Of a stretch of 64,000 bases of DNA, positions 28,611-40,599 are shown in pieces. The notes beneath the pieces were generated by a model, which saw nothing but the letters and a program-made list of their open reading frames with translations, was not told where the DNA came from and did not search any database. Location of the stretch: positions 30,093,769 through 30,157,768 of the forward strand of contig JARDVH010000163.1 in assembly GCA_030324005.1 (NCBI GenBank). The letters are read 5' to 3'. This DNA is from Negaprion brevirostris. Lineage: Eukaryota. Position 1 is the first letter of the stretch. Every line of letters begins with the position of its first letter. A program made the translations under genes and the position numbers.

Positions 28611-29194
28611 AACGGATAAGTGTCCAGATGAAGCAGTCAAGTCATTCAAAAGTGCTGCTTTTCAAACTCATTGATAAAATGGGGTGTTTAAAAAATGATT
28701 GCGTGCTATTTCTCTCTGATATAAGTCTTAGGATTACCATTACTGGATTAGTGCTGCATGACTGATTTTAAACATTTCGTTGTCACAGTAGAATGCCTGC
28801 TATTTCACAGTTTGATAACTTCAGGTGGTTATGTGCTCTTAGAAGTGGGACTAGGGAGTTCCCATGCTTGTTTTTATAAGGGATTGTACAATTGAATTAA
28901 ATGCTTGTTTTCATAAGGGATAATGTAGTTGAGGGATTGTTAATGTGCACCAAATTCTGTCATTAAGTCATCCTGCTTACTGTTCCTTGGTTTTAAAATT
29001 GTTTCTTTCTCAGAGCTTGTTTCTCCAAGTTACATTGCAATTTCTGTTTGATCATCATTGTGTGTCATCCCTGTCAGCATTGACATTGCATGTCAGCATC
29101 CTCATTGGATGTGTTGTATGTCATTATGCATCAGCATTCTCATTGCATATGCACGTTAATGCATGTTGGTGTCCTCTTTGGGTGTTTTGCATTA

Positions 29195-29604
29195 TAAGAA
29201 GTCTCACAACACCAGATTAAAGTCCAGCAGGTTTATTTAATAGTAATAGTCACAAGCTTTCGGAACACGCTGTTCCTTCGTCAGGTGAGTGGAGAGTTCT
29301 GTTCAGAAACAGAACGTATAAAGGCACACACAGTTTACATGCTCTGTTTCTGAACAGAACTCTCCACTCGCCTGATGAAGGAGCAGCATGTTCCGAAAGC
29401 GTGTGGCATTTACTAACANNNNNNNNNNNNNNNNNNNNNNNNNNNNNNNNNNNNNNNNNNNNNNNNNNNNNNNNNNNNNNNNNNNNNNNNNNNNNNNNNN
29501 NNNNNNNNNNNNNNNNNNAACAAATAAACCTGTTGGACTTTAACCTGGTGTTGTGAGACTTCTTACTGTGTTTACCCCAGTCCAACGCCGGCTCTCCACA
29601 TCAT
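29195..29604 (+). mobile_element. Palindromic non-autonomous Penelope-like element with hammerhead-like cores
   Basis: 29195-29311 is inverted-repeated at 29344-29566; CTGA(T/C)GA-A-stem-GAAA on both arms. Confidence 0.75.
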
Positions 29605-31381
29605 ATTGTGCATGATCACAGCCTGGCTCGTTGAAGTACCTGTAAGCTCCATTGTAGAAGAAAGATGTTTGCACTCGAGGGAACTTTATTTAAAAAAAAC
29701 ACCCTGGAGGCAAATTTCTGAATATCCAAAGCAAAAATGTTTCAATACAAGCAAAACGTTGAAGCCTGGACTGCTTATGTCTTTGAATAAAAGCCCATTT
29801 GTTGACTGAGTTTGGATGAAAAATACAAGCTATATCTGTCGGGAGGCTGACTCTGCAATAAGCTGATTAATTTTGGAGCTCCCCAAGTCCGGCCTTTCCT
29901 CAAGTGCACAGCAGCTGTGACGAAAGCCAGTGAGCGAGTCATTTGCAGCAGAAAAGGATCAGCATCAAAGCTCTAAATTACACACAGCCATTGCAATGAA
30001 ACTCTTTAGGGATGTCCTAGAAGCACGGTTGAAGAGGTTAAACATTTCGACCAACTCATGGTGTTAAAGCAAAAAACACCAACTTCTGGAACGTGTAGAG
30101 GTTAAGTCAAGGTGGTGAAGAGAGTGCAAAAACCTCTTAAACAAGTCATTTAACTGAGCTTCAAGCAACACCTGCCCCCATGTGGCATATTCAGGAAGTT
30201 GCACATTAGAAACCAAAAGAGAAAATTCTGGAAAATCTCAGCAGGTCTGGCAGAGAAAAAAGAACTGACATTTCGAGTCCAGACGACCCTTTGTCAAAGC
30301 TATTGCACATTAGAGTTAGAAGCCATGTCAAAACACACAGAGCCAGAATGGAAGCAACTTATCCCTGAGCCCTAGGGACTGTCAAAGAGAGATTGGTAAG
30401 CGTTATTGAATTTATACGGTTTTTATTTTATCGTTTTATTGTGCAAGATATTTCAACTAGCAATGTATTTCAACTTTCGTAACTTGCATGTTTGCTCTTC
30501 CTGGTGAGAAGTGTCCAAAGGAACCTAACTCCAGTTTTTAACATTGATTCCTACAAGAAGACATGGTTAGGTTGTTTCATCTAAAGTTGCAATTACCAGG
30601 AATGCAACCACAACTTAAAGTGAGGACTTGTTGTAATAAATGTACTTTTGTGACAGTGTTTGAAGCCTGCAGTAGACATTTAGAACTTTAATATTGGCAT
30701 GAGTCCTGAGGACTGCCTTTGGTGAATACTGGGTGATAGTAACGGGTTGTCATGAGTTAGCATTGGGGCCATATGTAGCCATGATGGTTGGGTAGAGGGC
30801 CATAGGTTGGTATGGGAGGTATGAGGTGACAGGTTGGCATGTAATGGGCCATTTTTCTGTTTATATTTTTCTGTTTCTTTGAAATCTTCAATACAGTGCC
30901 AGTGTACCAAAGCATGCCTTCCCTTCCACCGAGGCCATCTTAGCGTTCGACATTGCATGCACTCAGCGTCACCCACAGTCAGCCCAACTCCCTGGAACCC
31001 TGAAACAAAAATCACAGCTCCTGCATACTTTCTCCCGAGTATACGGGGCTGGGAAGTATCCCAGCAGGAGTGAAAATTAGACTTGTGCAATGAAAATTTT
31101 TATGAAGAGCATTTACATTTTTCTTTCTGGTACAATTACATTTTCTCACTTCACACCTCTTCTACATTATTGCGTTTCATCTTGCTAGTACCCTGCCTCC
31201 GTGTTCCTTCCAATGGACGTTATATATGTATAACATTATGAGCAATTTATGCAATGCTCAGCTAATGTTCTGTTTAATATAACATGCCATGTTCTACCAA
31301 GCTTCACTTGCAATATGGTCAATTATGTTTTTTCTTTCCCCCCACCCCCCACCCCTTTTTTTTCTTAAATGCTGGTCATAG

Positions 31382-31393
31382 GCTGCCCTTCAG
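31382..31393 (+). CDS. ACAP2: Candidate 12-nt alternative microexon (AALQ), BAR-PH linker
   Basis: Long C/T tract 31328-31366, TGC at 31370-31372, catag|GCTGCCCTTCAG|gtaagt; phase 0/0 fits between QQK and DFSS. Confidence 0.8.
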
Positions 31394-33159
31394 GTAAGTT
31401 TCTGTACAATCCATATAGTAGTAGTGGTAAACCACCCAGAAGCAATAGTAATGCTATTTATCCTACAAAGATGTTTTGACACCTTTTAGACCATCACTAA
31501 ACTCTTCCTACACTCTCACTTTGGCTTGATGTAATTCATATGGCTATTTGTAATCACTATTTTGTCTTCTATTCAAACCTGTCATCCTATAATAAATGTT
31601 ATTGATTCTGAGCCTTGATTTTTCCGTAACCATGTATAAAAATATTTTTCTTTGATATCAGGTATTTATTTTTATATATATACAACTAGCCATCTGCAGA
31701 AGTTGGACAGTTTTGAAAGCATCAGTTTGATACAAAACTGGGTAAAATACTGTACTCTAACCTCGTCTAAAATCATGGGAATCTTCCTTGATGTGATTTT
31801 ACTGGAGTTTTTAAAATCCTATTGAACACAATCAAAGATAATCCTGCCAGTGTTGACCTTTTTTTTGCTGCAAAGGTTCTGAATCACCTGTTACTTTAAA
31901 ATAGCAAATAACACAAGTACAGTTAATTCAAGGGATTAACTGTTGGGTGAACAGTATATAATATGCAAGAATATATATTGTGGACTTGAGCTTTGGGCAA
32001 TCTTATTTCAATGACTGAAATATATACTCCTAATTGTTGGAGTAGTCCTCCATTCCATCTGGGAGGATAAGTACTGATCTCCTCCGCTCTGACCTCAAGC
32101 GAAGAGTGAGGAGCTTGTGGATTTTCATGTCATCCCATCAGTGGTCTCTGTCTAGCAGCCCCTAGTTTCCTTCCTTCTGTGGATTTCTCCTCAAATTTCC
32201 TCTGATAATTATTACATAAATGTTCATTTGCAAAAACACATCTAAGAATCTTCTTCCAAATAATGCTTTCTCTCAGCTGTTTTTCAACAAGGATCCGCTT
32301 CCAAGATTTTGAATTTTCCTTCCTGTATTTTTCCATCTTGAATTGCCACATACATTCAAGCTTTTACACCTCTCAGGTACCCAACTACCAACAGAACACT
32401 GCTGCTTCGCAAGCTGTACTATGGTCACCAATCTTAGGATTGCTTCAGATATCTGGCTTTACTCCAGCCAACTCCACCAAGTTTGTACTTTTATAGTTCT
32501 ATCTTTAACTTCAACAAACAGTACCATGTTAAAATTCCAGTTCCCTTTTGTTCCTTTTATTTCCTGGAACTTCTCTTTTCTTTCCCTGATTTCTTGAACT
32601 ATCTATTTTTTAGTTTCTGGGATTTTTTTCTTTCTTGCCCATTACTCTATTGTTCTGGCAGAGTTGTGAGACCTGTCTTCTCTCTCAGGACCTAGCTCCA
32701 ACTGCCTTCGTTCTTGTTAAAACTAAACTCAAAAATCCTTCCTAACCTGAAGGTGGCCCCCCCAAATGCTAAGCAGCAGCTCCATCTTTCTTTAAACTCT
32801 TCACATCGAAAGCTGTCTACACAATGTAGATACATTTTGAAATGAAATCAAAACGCCCTTAACATAAATCTAACTAGAGGTTTATCCTTTCTTACACAGA
32901 TTCACCAAATTAAACTCAAATCTATCCCTTATTTCTAATATTTAGCAATTCAAACCAATCACTTAAATCTACCTCTGCTTCCTGACATAACCANNNNNNN
33001 NNNNNNNNNNNNNNNNNNNNNNNNNNNNNNNNNNNNNNNNNNNNNNNNNNNNNNNNNNNNNNNNNNNNNNNNNNNNNNNNNNNNNNNNNNNNNCTTCCTG
33101 ACATAACCAACAATATAAGCATAGATCATTTAAAACTAGCTCTGCTTCCTGACACTTCG

Positions 33160-33722
33160 CTACCATTTGGCTTGACTATTCCAGTGCATCCCTAGTTGGC
33201 TTCCCACATTCCACTCTCAGTAAACATGAAGTCATCCAAAAATCTGCTACACGTGTCCTTACTTGCACCAAGTTTCATGCACCTATCACCCCTGTACTTG
33301 TTCACTTACATTAGCTCCTGGGTAAGTGACACTGCGATTTAAAAAAAAAACTCATCCTTGTTTTCAAATCCCTCCATGACCTCAACACACCTCCCCATCC
33401 CCCATATCTAATTTGCTGTAATCCCATAACCTTCACAATATCTGAGCTCAACTAATCCTGGCCTCTTGAGCATCCCTGGTTTTACTTGATCTACAATTGG
33501 CAACTGTGCCTTCAGCCCATAAGTCCCTAACTCTGGAATTCCACTCCTAAACCTCCTGCTTCTCTACCTCGCTTCTTCTTAAATCATCTTTGACCAAGCC
33601 TCTGACTAACTGCTTAATATCACCTTATGGCATAATGTCAATTTTTGCTTTACAATTTGCCTATAAAGCAAGTTTGACCTTTTTTTTACTGTGAAGGCAC
33701 CATATAAATACAGGCTGTTGTT
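33160..33722 (+). mobile_element. Decayed L2-type LINE 3' end; related copies near 43150-43500 and 50820-51945
   Basis: cttgactattcca..., tgccttcagc...ctctggaattcc, and a ggcac.atataaat...tgttgt tail shared by the copies. Confidence 0.65.
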
Positions 33723-33899
33723 TACTTGTATGTATTATTAAGGTTTTCCTGGCAACACAAAGGTAGCATGAGAGATTGATTACACTATTTTCATTCAATT
33801 TATCTGAATGCTTTAAATATTTAATGTATTAGCTTTAGCATGCAACATATATTATAATTTAGTTAACTTGAACATTCTAAATTATGTATTTTTTGAGAC

Positions 33900-34371
33900 A
33901 ATTTCATAGCCAATGCAGATCTTTAATATTTTAATAATAAATTAAAAGGCTTTATTATGCATTGGTTCACTTATAATTTACTGTCGGTTCACGGTTACGT
34001 CAGCAGGCTGAAATCAGCTGACTGCTTTCATTGTGAAGTCAGAGTTGAAGATCGAGATCCTCTGGTAAATGCACTGAGTCAGACATCGCGGACAGAAGAA
34101 TCTTGCTCCGTGATAAATAATTAGATATTTGAGACATGAGTCAAAGAAAAAAAAATTGCCCAAATTTCAGGGGAAGTGACTGGTTTTAATGAACACGGAG
34201 GTAGTCAATATAAAGTACTTGTTCTGAGCTACAGGCTGAGTGTTTGTGTTGACAATTGAATTATTAACTCTGGTGCAAGAAAAATTGCTGTTTCACCGGA
34301 ATATAATTCTTTGACGTTTATAAGGGACATTTGCAATGAGATTCTTCAGATTTCGTTATGTATTATATATG
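33900..34371 (+). promoter_or_regulatory. Candidate internal promoter plus alternative first exon (MRFFRFRYVLYM)
   Basis: CCAAT boxes near 33910 and 33961 (reverse), TTACGTCA 33995, CAGCTG 34015, TGAGTCA 34075 and 34137, TATAAAG 34209; ATG 34336 open to a phase-0 ATG|GTAAGT donor at 34371. Confidence 0.4.
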
Positions 34372-35128
34372 GTAAGTTTTTTATGAAATGTGCTTTTTTT
34401 TATATGAATGGGTATTTTAAACAAGTAAACTGTGTCAAGACAACAGCAATTCAGATACTGCATTCAGTAGCTTATTTGCATTTGTTTTAGTCATTGCAGC
34501 TCCTCATAGTGGTATTAAGTTTGATTCTATTTATTGATCCACTGTAGCTCTTTTTAGCTTTAGATTTATTCCCCAGTGACGATTGCAGACTTTTTTTGGT
34601 ATCTAAATTGAAATATTTATTGAAGGTCTTGGACACGACTATCTAATTAGCTGTTGTGCATCTATTTTTTTTCAATCAGACGGTGAGGTGATTGTACCAA
34701 AATTGCATGTAGTCTAATCTGCTTCAGTGTACATTAATAGACTGTTGCATTACTCACTGCACAATAGTACGTGAAATTAATTAATAAATTTAAAAAGCAA
34801 ATAGTGTGTTTTTAAAACTGCGTTTTATAACTGTTTGGCCTTTGCTTTTGGGAATGTTACCGTCAACTGTAATTATTTATTGTATGAGCATATAAACCCA
34901 AGTTTTCAGTCAGCTTTTGTCACTGAAAGGATAGTTCACAAGTTTAAAGGATTGTATGCTTTTCAAGTACCTTTTCAATCCTGGGGTACAGCAAATCATT
35001 TTATGTGGCCAGTCCCAAATCTTTTAAAGTAAAAGTAGAAAATGATAGAACCGCTCATCGAGCCAAGAGTAAAATCTGAAGAGAGAAACAAAGTTAATGC
35101 TTGATAACCTTTCATTAGACTAAATCTC

Positions 35129-35364
35129 ATTCTACCATTTGAGACAACAAAAAATTAACTCTCTGTATACTTTGATACCCACTACAGTCTGATTTGTAAA
35201 TTCTACCCAAAATCCATGAATGACTGAAGGGTCCCTCAATCCTTAATGTGTGGGTCTAACAGTGTTGCAAATTATACAGTTGTATACTTCACATTCCAGT
35301 TTTTCATCAATTTTCATTTTCTAGGAAATGAACGCTATTTAGTCCAAGTGCTATAAAATCATTA
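35129..35364 (+). repeat. 236-bp direct repeat, copy 1 (copy 2 at 39119-39354)
   Basis: Ungapped match at offset 3990 with about 10 substitutions by eye. Confidence 0.95.
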
Positions 35365-36149
35365 CCAACTCTTATTTGACCTTGCCAGTTATGTGGAGGA
35401 AATACTATATTATTTAAAACCTAGTATGCTAGCATTTTAAACATTGGACATTGGGCCAAGGGTATTACTAACATGTCTAAAAGTTCTTAATGATTGATGA
35501 AGTGCATTATGTTTCAAGATCACTAATGAATCTTGTGAAATAGTAATGAAGTCACCATTAGGATTAAATGGGACAATAATATGGGTTTTTGATTTGATGA
35601 TCCTTATGGAAATGGCAAAAACTGGCAATTTAGTTTTGTCCATTTTTGCCAGATGATATGGCTAACTTGATGTTCCATATGAAGCTTCAGGTTTTTTACA
35701 TACTAGTAACTAAATACTACAATATCTATGGCAGAAATTATGTTGCCTGCTTTATTAAATTCATTTTTAGCATTATTTAAAGACTATTTTTAAAAATTTA
35801 TTTATTAGTCACAAAAATGCCTTACATTAAAACTGCAATGAAGCTACTGTGATTATTATTATTATTATTGTACATATTATGTGGCGATAAACTGTTAGTC
35901 TATTATATTTGAATCATTCATCCATCCTGGCTTGTAATCCCCCAATGTTTTCATTCTTCAGCCTTGTGCTTGCTGATGTTCACAATCTCTTACTGTCCAA
36001 CTCCCTCATCCTCTCCACAAGAATCACCATTATTGATTTGTTCGCTTTTCATTTGTAAAAATATACTTTATTCGTAAAATATATGAAAGAACATTCCAAA
36101 CATTTTAAGATGGCCATCACAAAATGCTAACCACAGTGCCAACCACTGT

Positions 36150-38040
36150 GTCGCCTCTATTGCAGATGCCTGAATTACTTGGTCAATTTTCACAGGCAAT
36201 GCAAATGTCTGATTTTATGGCAAGGCCTCAAGGCCAAGCCAGACAGACATATCTGTAAACCTGCCAGACAGACTGGAATAGTCGTCCTGAACAAGTTTAA
36301 TTACATCAATAGAATACATGCCATTCTTAATAATGGGTTGAAATTCACATCCATTGAACCTATGGCACAGCATGACCGGAAAACCTTACTCAAAAACCTT
36401 GCTAAATAAGTGCTAAAATTAATAGTGCAGTGAACTGCTGGGTGATACATAGGATAGGATTTGTCCTTATGGCTTGCTGCATCTGCCCAGAATGCACGCA
36501 AGTGATGTCCTGTCTTTTTAATGACTGGTTTTTAACAGCACGAATTGGCCAAATGATTGAGTTACATCGAGCAGTTTTGAGAAAATTTTTCACTTTCGCA
36601 ATAAAGGATTTCTGTGAAAAAATGTTGCAGGCCATATCAATAGCAATGTCATGCCAATATGTTCATTTGACATTTCGATTTTTGACCAATGTATCACTTA
36701 AGAATGCCACAGACAGTTGCACTGCAGAACTATATCCTGAGTAATCCAGACTTTCCACCATTATGTGAAATTGGTATTAATTAAACTTACAAACTCAGCA
36801 ACTCACATAGTTGAGTTCAGTTTTAGCAACACCAAATAGATGGTGTTGCCATTTGATGCCCTCTTATCTCTGCTCTTGCAGATATCTTTATTGGGCTTCA
36901 TGAGAAATATGTTTTCAACAGAATTGCATCTAACTTCCTACCCCTTACATATTTTTGATACGTGAATGATACATTTTTTACATTTGTATCTACGGCTGCA
37001 TTTAAATTCACCTTTTGAAATGAAGCAATCAAATAAGCTCTCTCCCCTGATGTGCTAGTTGAGAAATCTGACAGAGATTTCTCTGCTACCATCTACCACA
37101 AGCCTACCTTCACTGGTCAATTTACGTGTTGGGATCCCTACAGTTCCATGCTGCATAAGATTGGCCTTATTGATGACTTTGTAAATAGGGCCCAAACCAT
37201 TTGCTCAACTTGCAAACTTGAAGTTGAAATAGAGCACATCAAAGCCTGTGATAGGTGAAGATGGTCATTTCATGTTGCTACTATGCAGTAGCAACATGAG
37301 TGGCATTCGCCACTAACAGATTGCTGCCATCAAACCAAAAATACAGTCTGCCTATTACTCAAATAAGTAACATGAATTTTGTGGCTGGTGTGATGCTATG
37401 TATGCAGGTTGTACTTCCCGAAGTCTGGCAGATTGTATCAAACAATATGTCCCTTTTGGTTGTTTGCAACAGGTAGTGTTAACCAAACACATACAGCTTG
37501 TGCTTACAAAACACAGAACACAGTGTCCATTGTTAGGCGTGATTTTGTGATTGGCTGACATTTGCTAAATAATCCTGAGTGTTCTATGAATGATACTGAT
37601 AACCAATTTAAGGTTATTAGTTGGTCTTGCAGTGTGATACACTTAGGCATCTATCATACAATTACAAATCCCTGTTCTTTGCAGACAGTACATATATACG
37701 CATTGTGCCTGTTTCAGTTGATCAGCATAAGCGACAGCCATTCGTTGGTTCATTCACCAACACAATGCCTTGACATGAGTCAAAACTGCCTGGTTTGAAT
37801 TTAAACAAAACTTGGTAATTAACTGTAAGTCATAAGTTAACGGCTTTCCTTATAATAATACTTTATTTATATGGGCATTTCCCGTACTAATCAAAGTCCA
37901 CTTGCCAACCGATCAGCATTTCTTTCTCATGAAGTATAAATTGTAGTTCCCTTTATATTTGGTTATTCTTGCAAGTGTCCTAATGTATGCAAGATGAAAT
38001 GGATGTCTTTTTCAGCAATACTGAAGTTCTGTACTACCAA
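36150..38040 (+). mobile_element. Decayed Penelope-like retroelement (RT plus GIY-YIG)
   Basis: QIDGVAI*CPL at 36833, ADIFIG, YF*YVNDTF near 36950, IYHKPTFTGQ...KIGLI...VNRA (ORF 37052), HEFCGWCDAMYAGCTS near 37371. Confidence 0.85.
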
Positions 38041-39118
38041 ATGAATATTTCAAAAAGTTAGATTTAGATGTAACTTTTACATCAAATTATTGTGCCTGAA
38101 AGAACACATAATTCCTATGGTATGTGTCAACACATCATAATCCAATTCATGGATTTCATCATAAATCAGGTTTGGAGTACACTAGAATACACAGCTGACC
38201 TTTTCTCTTTGCAGATTGACCTGCTGTTTGTTTGCAACACTTTTTGTTTTCTTTAGATTTTCAACCATTTTGCAATTTTCATATTTGTTATTCTGTATCT
38301 GTGTATGTCTTTCTATTTTACACATTTCACACACTCTAGCCCTCCAACTTTTATGCACTCGTGTCTTCCCACCCACCATATGTATCATTTTTCACCTCTT
38401 TAGCACAATTTTTTAGATTTAAGTATGAATTAATATTTCAGTGATTTTTTTTTTAAAAAAAAGAATGTCTTTTAATCTTCTTGCGCACCAACTTCAAAAA
38501 AAAGTGCTCGCAAGTCTGTGCATTTATCAGTTTGAATATGTAGGAAATAATACAAAAAATGTACTTTGGCTAACTATAGATATCCCTTGATGCTTAGTGT
38601 AAAGGCAAACAATCCAAAATATGGAAACAAGCAATAACAGCAATGTGCCTTCAGTGATCTCTGGGAAACAATACACGTTGAGCTTGTTTTTGTGTTATAT
38701 AGGGATGTTTATTGCCTTGTTCATTGACAGCTTTAGTGTAGTAAAAATATGGCACTGCTACTTGTGAAGCTCGTGGCCAGTTTATATTTTAAATGAATCA
38801 CCAAATGGCAGGCCAAAATGAAAGATTGTTAAAGTAACTGAGGAGATTTACATAGTGAACCAAAGAAGAGTGTGGCCAGAAAAGAGAATTTAAATTAGGT
38901 GTTTTGCAATATTTCAGTGTAATACATACCACTGGAAATTCTTAAGTTTTAAAAAAAATCATAGTTTACAAACGTGTTTGTAGGGAATTCTCAAATAGGA
39001 TGATTTGGTTTTGCATTAAACAACAAAGAAGTTCAACTATGATATTTTGATATTGAAATCAATTTTCTTTTGATTAAATAAAATGCTTCATAGTTTTAAA
39101 AGTTAATTGCTGGGCATA

Positions 39119-39354
39119 ATTCTATCATTTGAGACAACAAAAAATTAACTCTCTGTATGCTTTGATACCCACCACAGTCTGATCTGTAAATTCTACCCAA
39201 AATCCATGAATGACTGTAGGGTCCCTCAATCCTTAATGTGTGGGTCTAATAGTGTTGCAAATTATACAGTTGTATACTTTACATTCCAGTTTTTCGTCAA
39301 TTTTCATTTTCTAGGAAATGAAGGCTAATTAGTCCAAGTGCTATAAAATCATTA
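39119..39354 (+). repeat. 236-bp direct repeat, copy 2
   Basis: Matches 35129-35364. Confidence 0.95.
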
Positions 39355-39635
39355 TGATAACCTACATTCCATCCAAGATCAATTTTATTTTCCAAGAATC
39401 ATAAAAATGAACTAAATTTTAATTTTTCCCCAGTAGTATTATTTAAAATGTCTTATCATGTGAGTTCTCATCACCATTTCATGCTTCATTTTTATGCTTG
39501 TTGTTATTATACAATGTGTGGTTTCATCTCTATGTAGGGTAGTAAGAAAGGGCAAAAATGTGATGTTACACTTTGCATTATAATTTAACATGTGGCTGGT
39601 TATAGAGAAAGGAGCTGGTGGGCTATTTCTTTGAT

Positions 39636-39936
39636 CATGATGTGGGTATGCCGGCGTTGGACTGGGGTAAACACCGTAAAAAGTCTGACAACACCAGGTT
39701 TNNNNNNNNNNNNNNNNNNNNNNNNNNNNNNNNNNNNNNNNNNNNNNNNNNNNNNNNNNNNNNNNNNNNNNNNNNNNNNNNNNNNNNNNNNNNNNNNNNN
39801 NAGGTGAATGGAGAGTTCTCCATTCAGAGTGAACTCTCCATTCACCTGACGAAGAGGGTGACCCCTCGAAAGCTTGTGGGTTTATTGCCAAATAAATCGG
39901 TTGGACTAAAACCTGGTGTTGTCAGACTTTTTACTG
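39636..39936 (-). mobile_element. Palindromic Penelope-like element with 12-bp TSD and hammerhead-like core
   Basis: TSD TATTTCTTTGAT at 39624-39635 and 39937-39948; inverted arms; same family as 29195-29604 in opposite orientation. Confidence 0.85.
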
Positions 39937-40486
39937 TATTTCTTTGATGGCAGAAAGACCTCATTAGGAGAGTGACACAATGAGATATTGTGCACTCTTT
40001 CATTAAGCTTTGAATGACTAAGTAAATCACGTGAAAGGAAGACAAAGTGTACCAAGTTCAATTGGGGAAAGTGTAATCTGCCAGTTAGCTTATGCACTGC
40101 GTATTACAGGTAATGCTGATCATTATATGGAAGGAAAAGTAAAAAAAAAGTAAAGCTAGAACAAAGCAAGTACTTCACGTACAAGACTGCAGCGTCTCAT
40201 TGTGCTTCACAGAAAATTATTGTGCTTCAGTGACAATCGGCATTGAAAAAAGTATGAGTGATTATAAAGTTAGCATCGTTTCTCATGAAAATGGTGATCC
40301 TTTAAGAACTACGGTAAAATTACAACAGATTATTGTGGTAATATTTCACTATATGTTTACCAGATGCACCATTTTGCAGGTTTATAGGATGACCATGCTA
40401 CAAACATTGATTTAAACTTTTACAAACCCCTTTTTCTTGTTAAGTAACTGTTGCTTTTGTATCCGGTTTAAAATAATCTGCTTTAG

Positions 40487-40599
40487 GACTTCTCCAGTGA
40501 TGACCCCAAGATAGAATTTAACATCGATGCTGCTAACGGCATAGTCATGGAAGGATATTTATATAAACGAGCCAGCAATGCCTTTAAAACATGGAACCG
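40487..40599 (+). CDS. ACAP2: ACAP2 exon, start of PH (DFSSDDPKIEFNIDAANGIVMEGYLYKRASNAFKTWNR)
   Basis: ctttag| and |gtaaga; 113 nt, phase 0/2. Confidence 0.96.

Noticed and set aside
28440-28660. Repeat-spacer pattern superficially like CRISPR
   Set aside because: Repeats are 7 bp with irregular spacers, the context is a vertebrate intron, and no cas genes are present.
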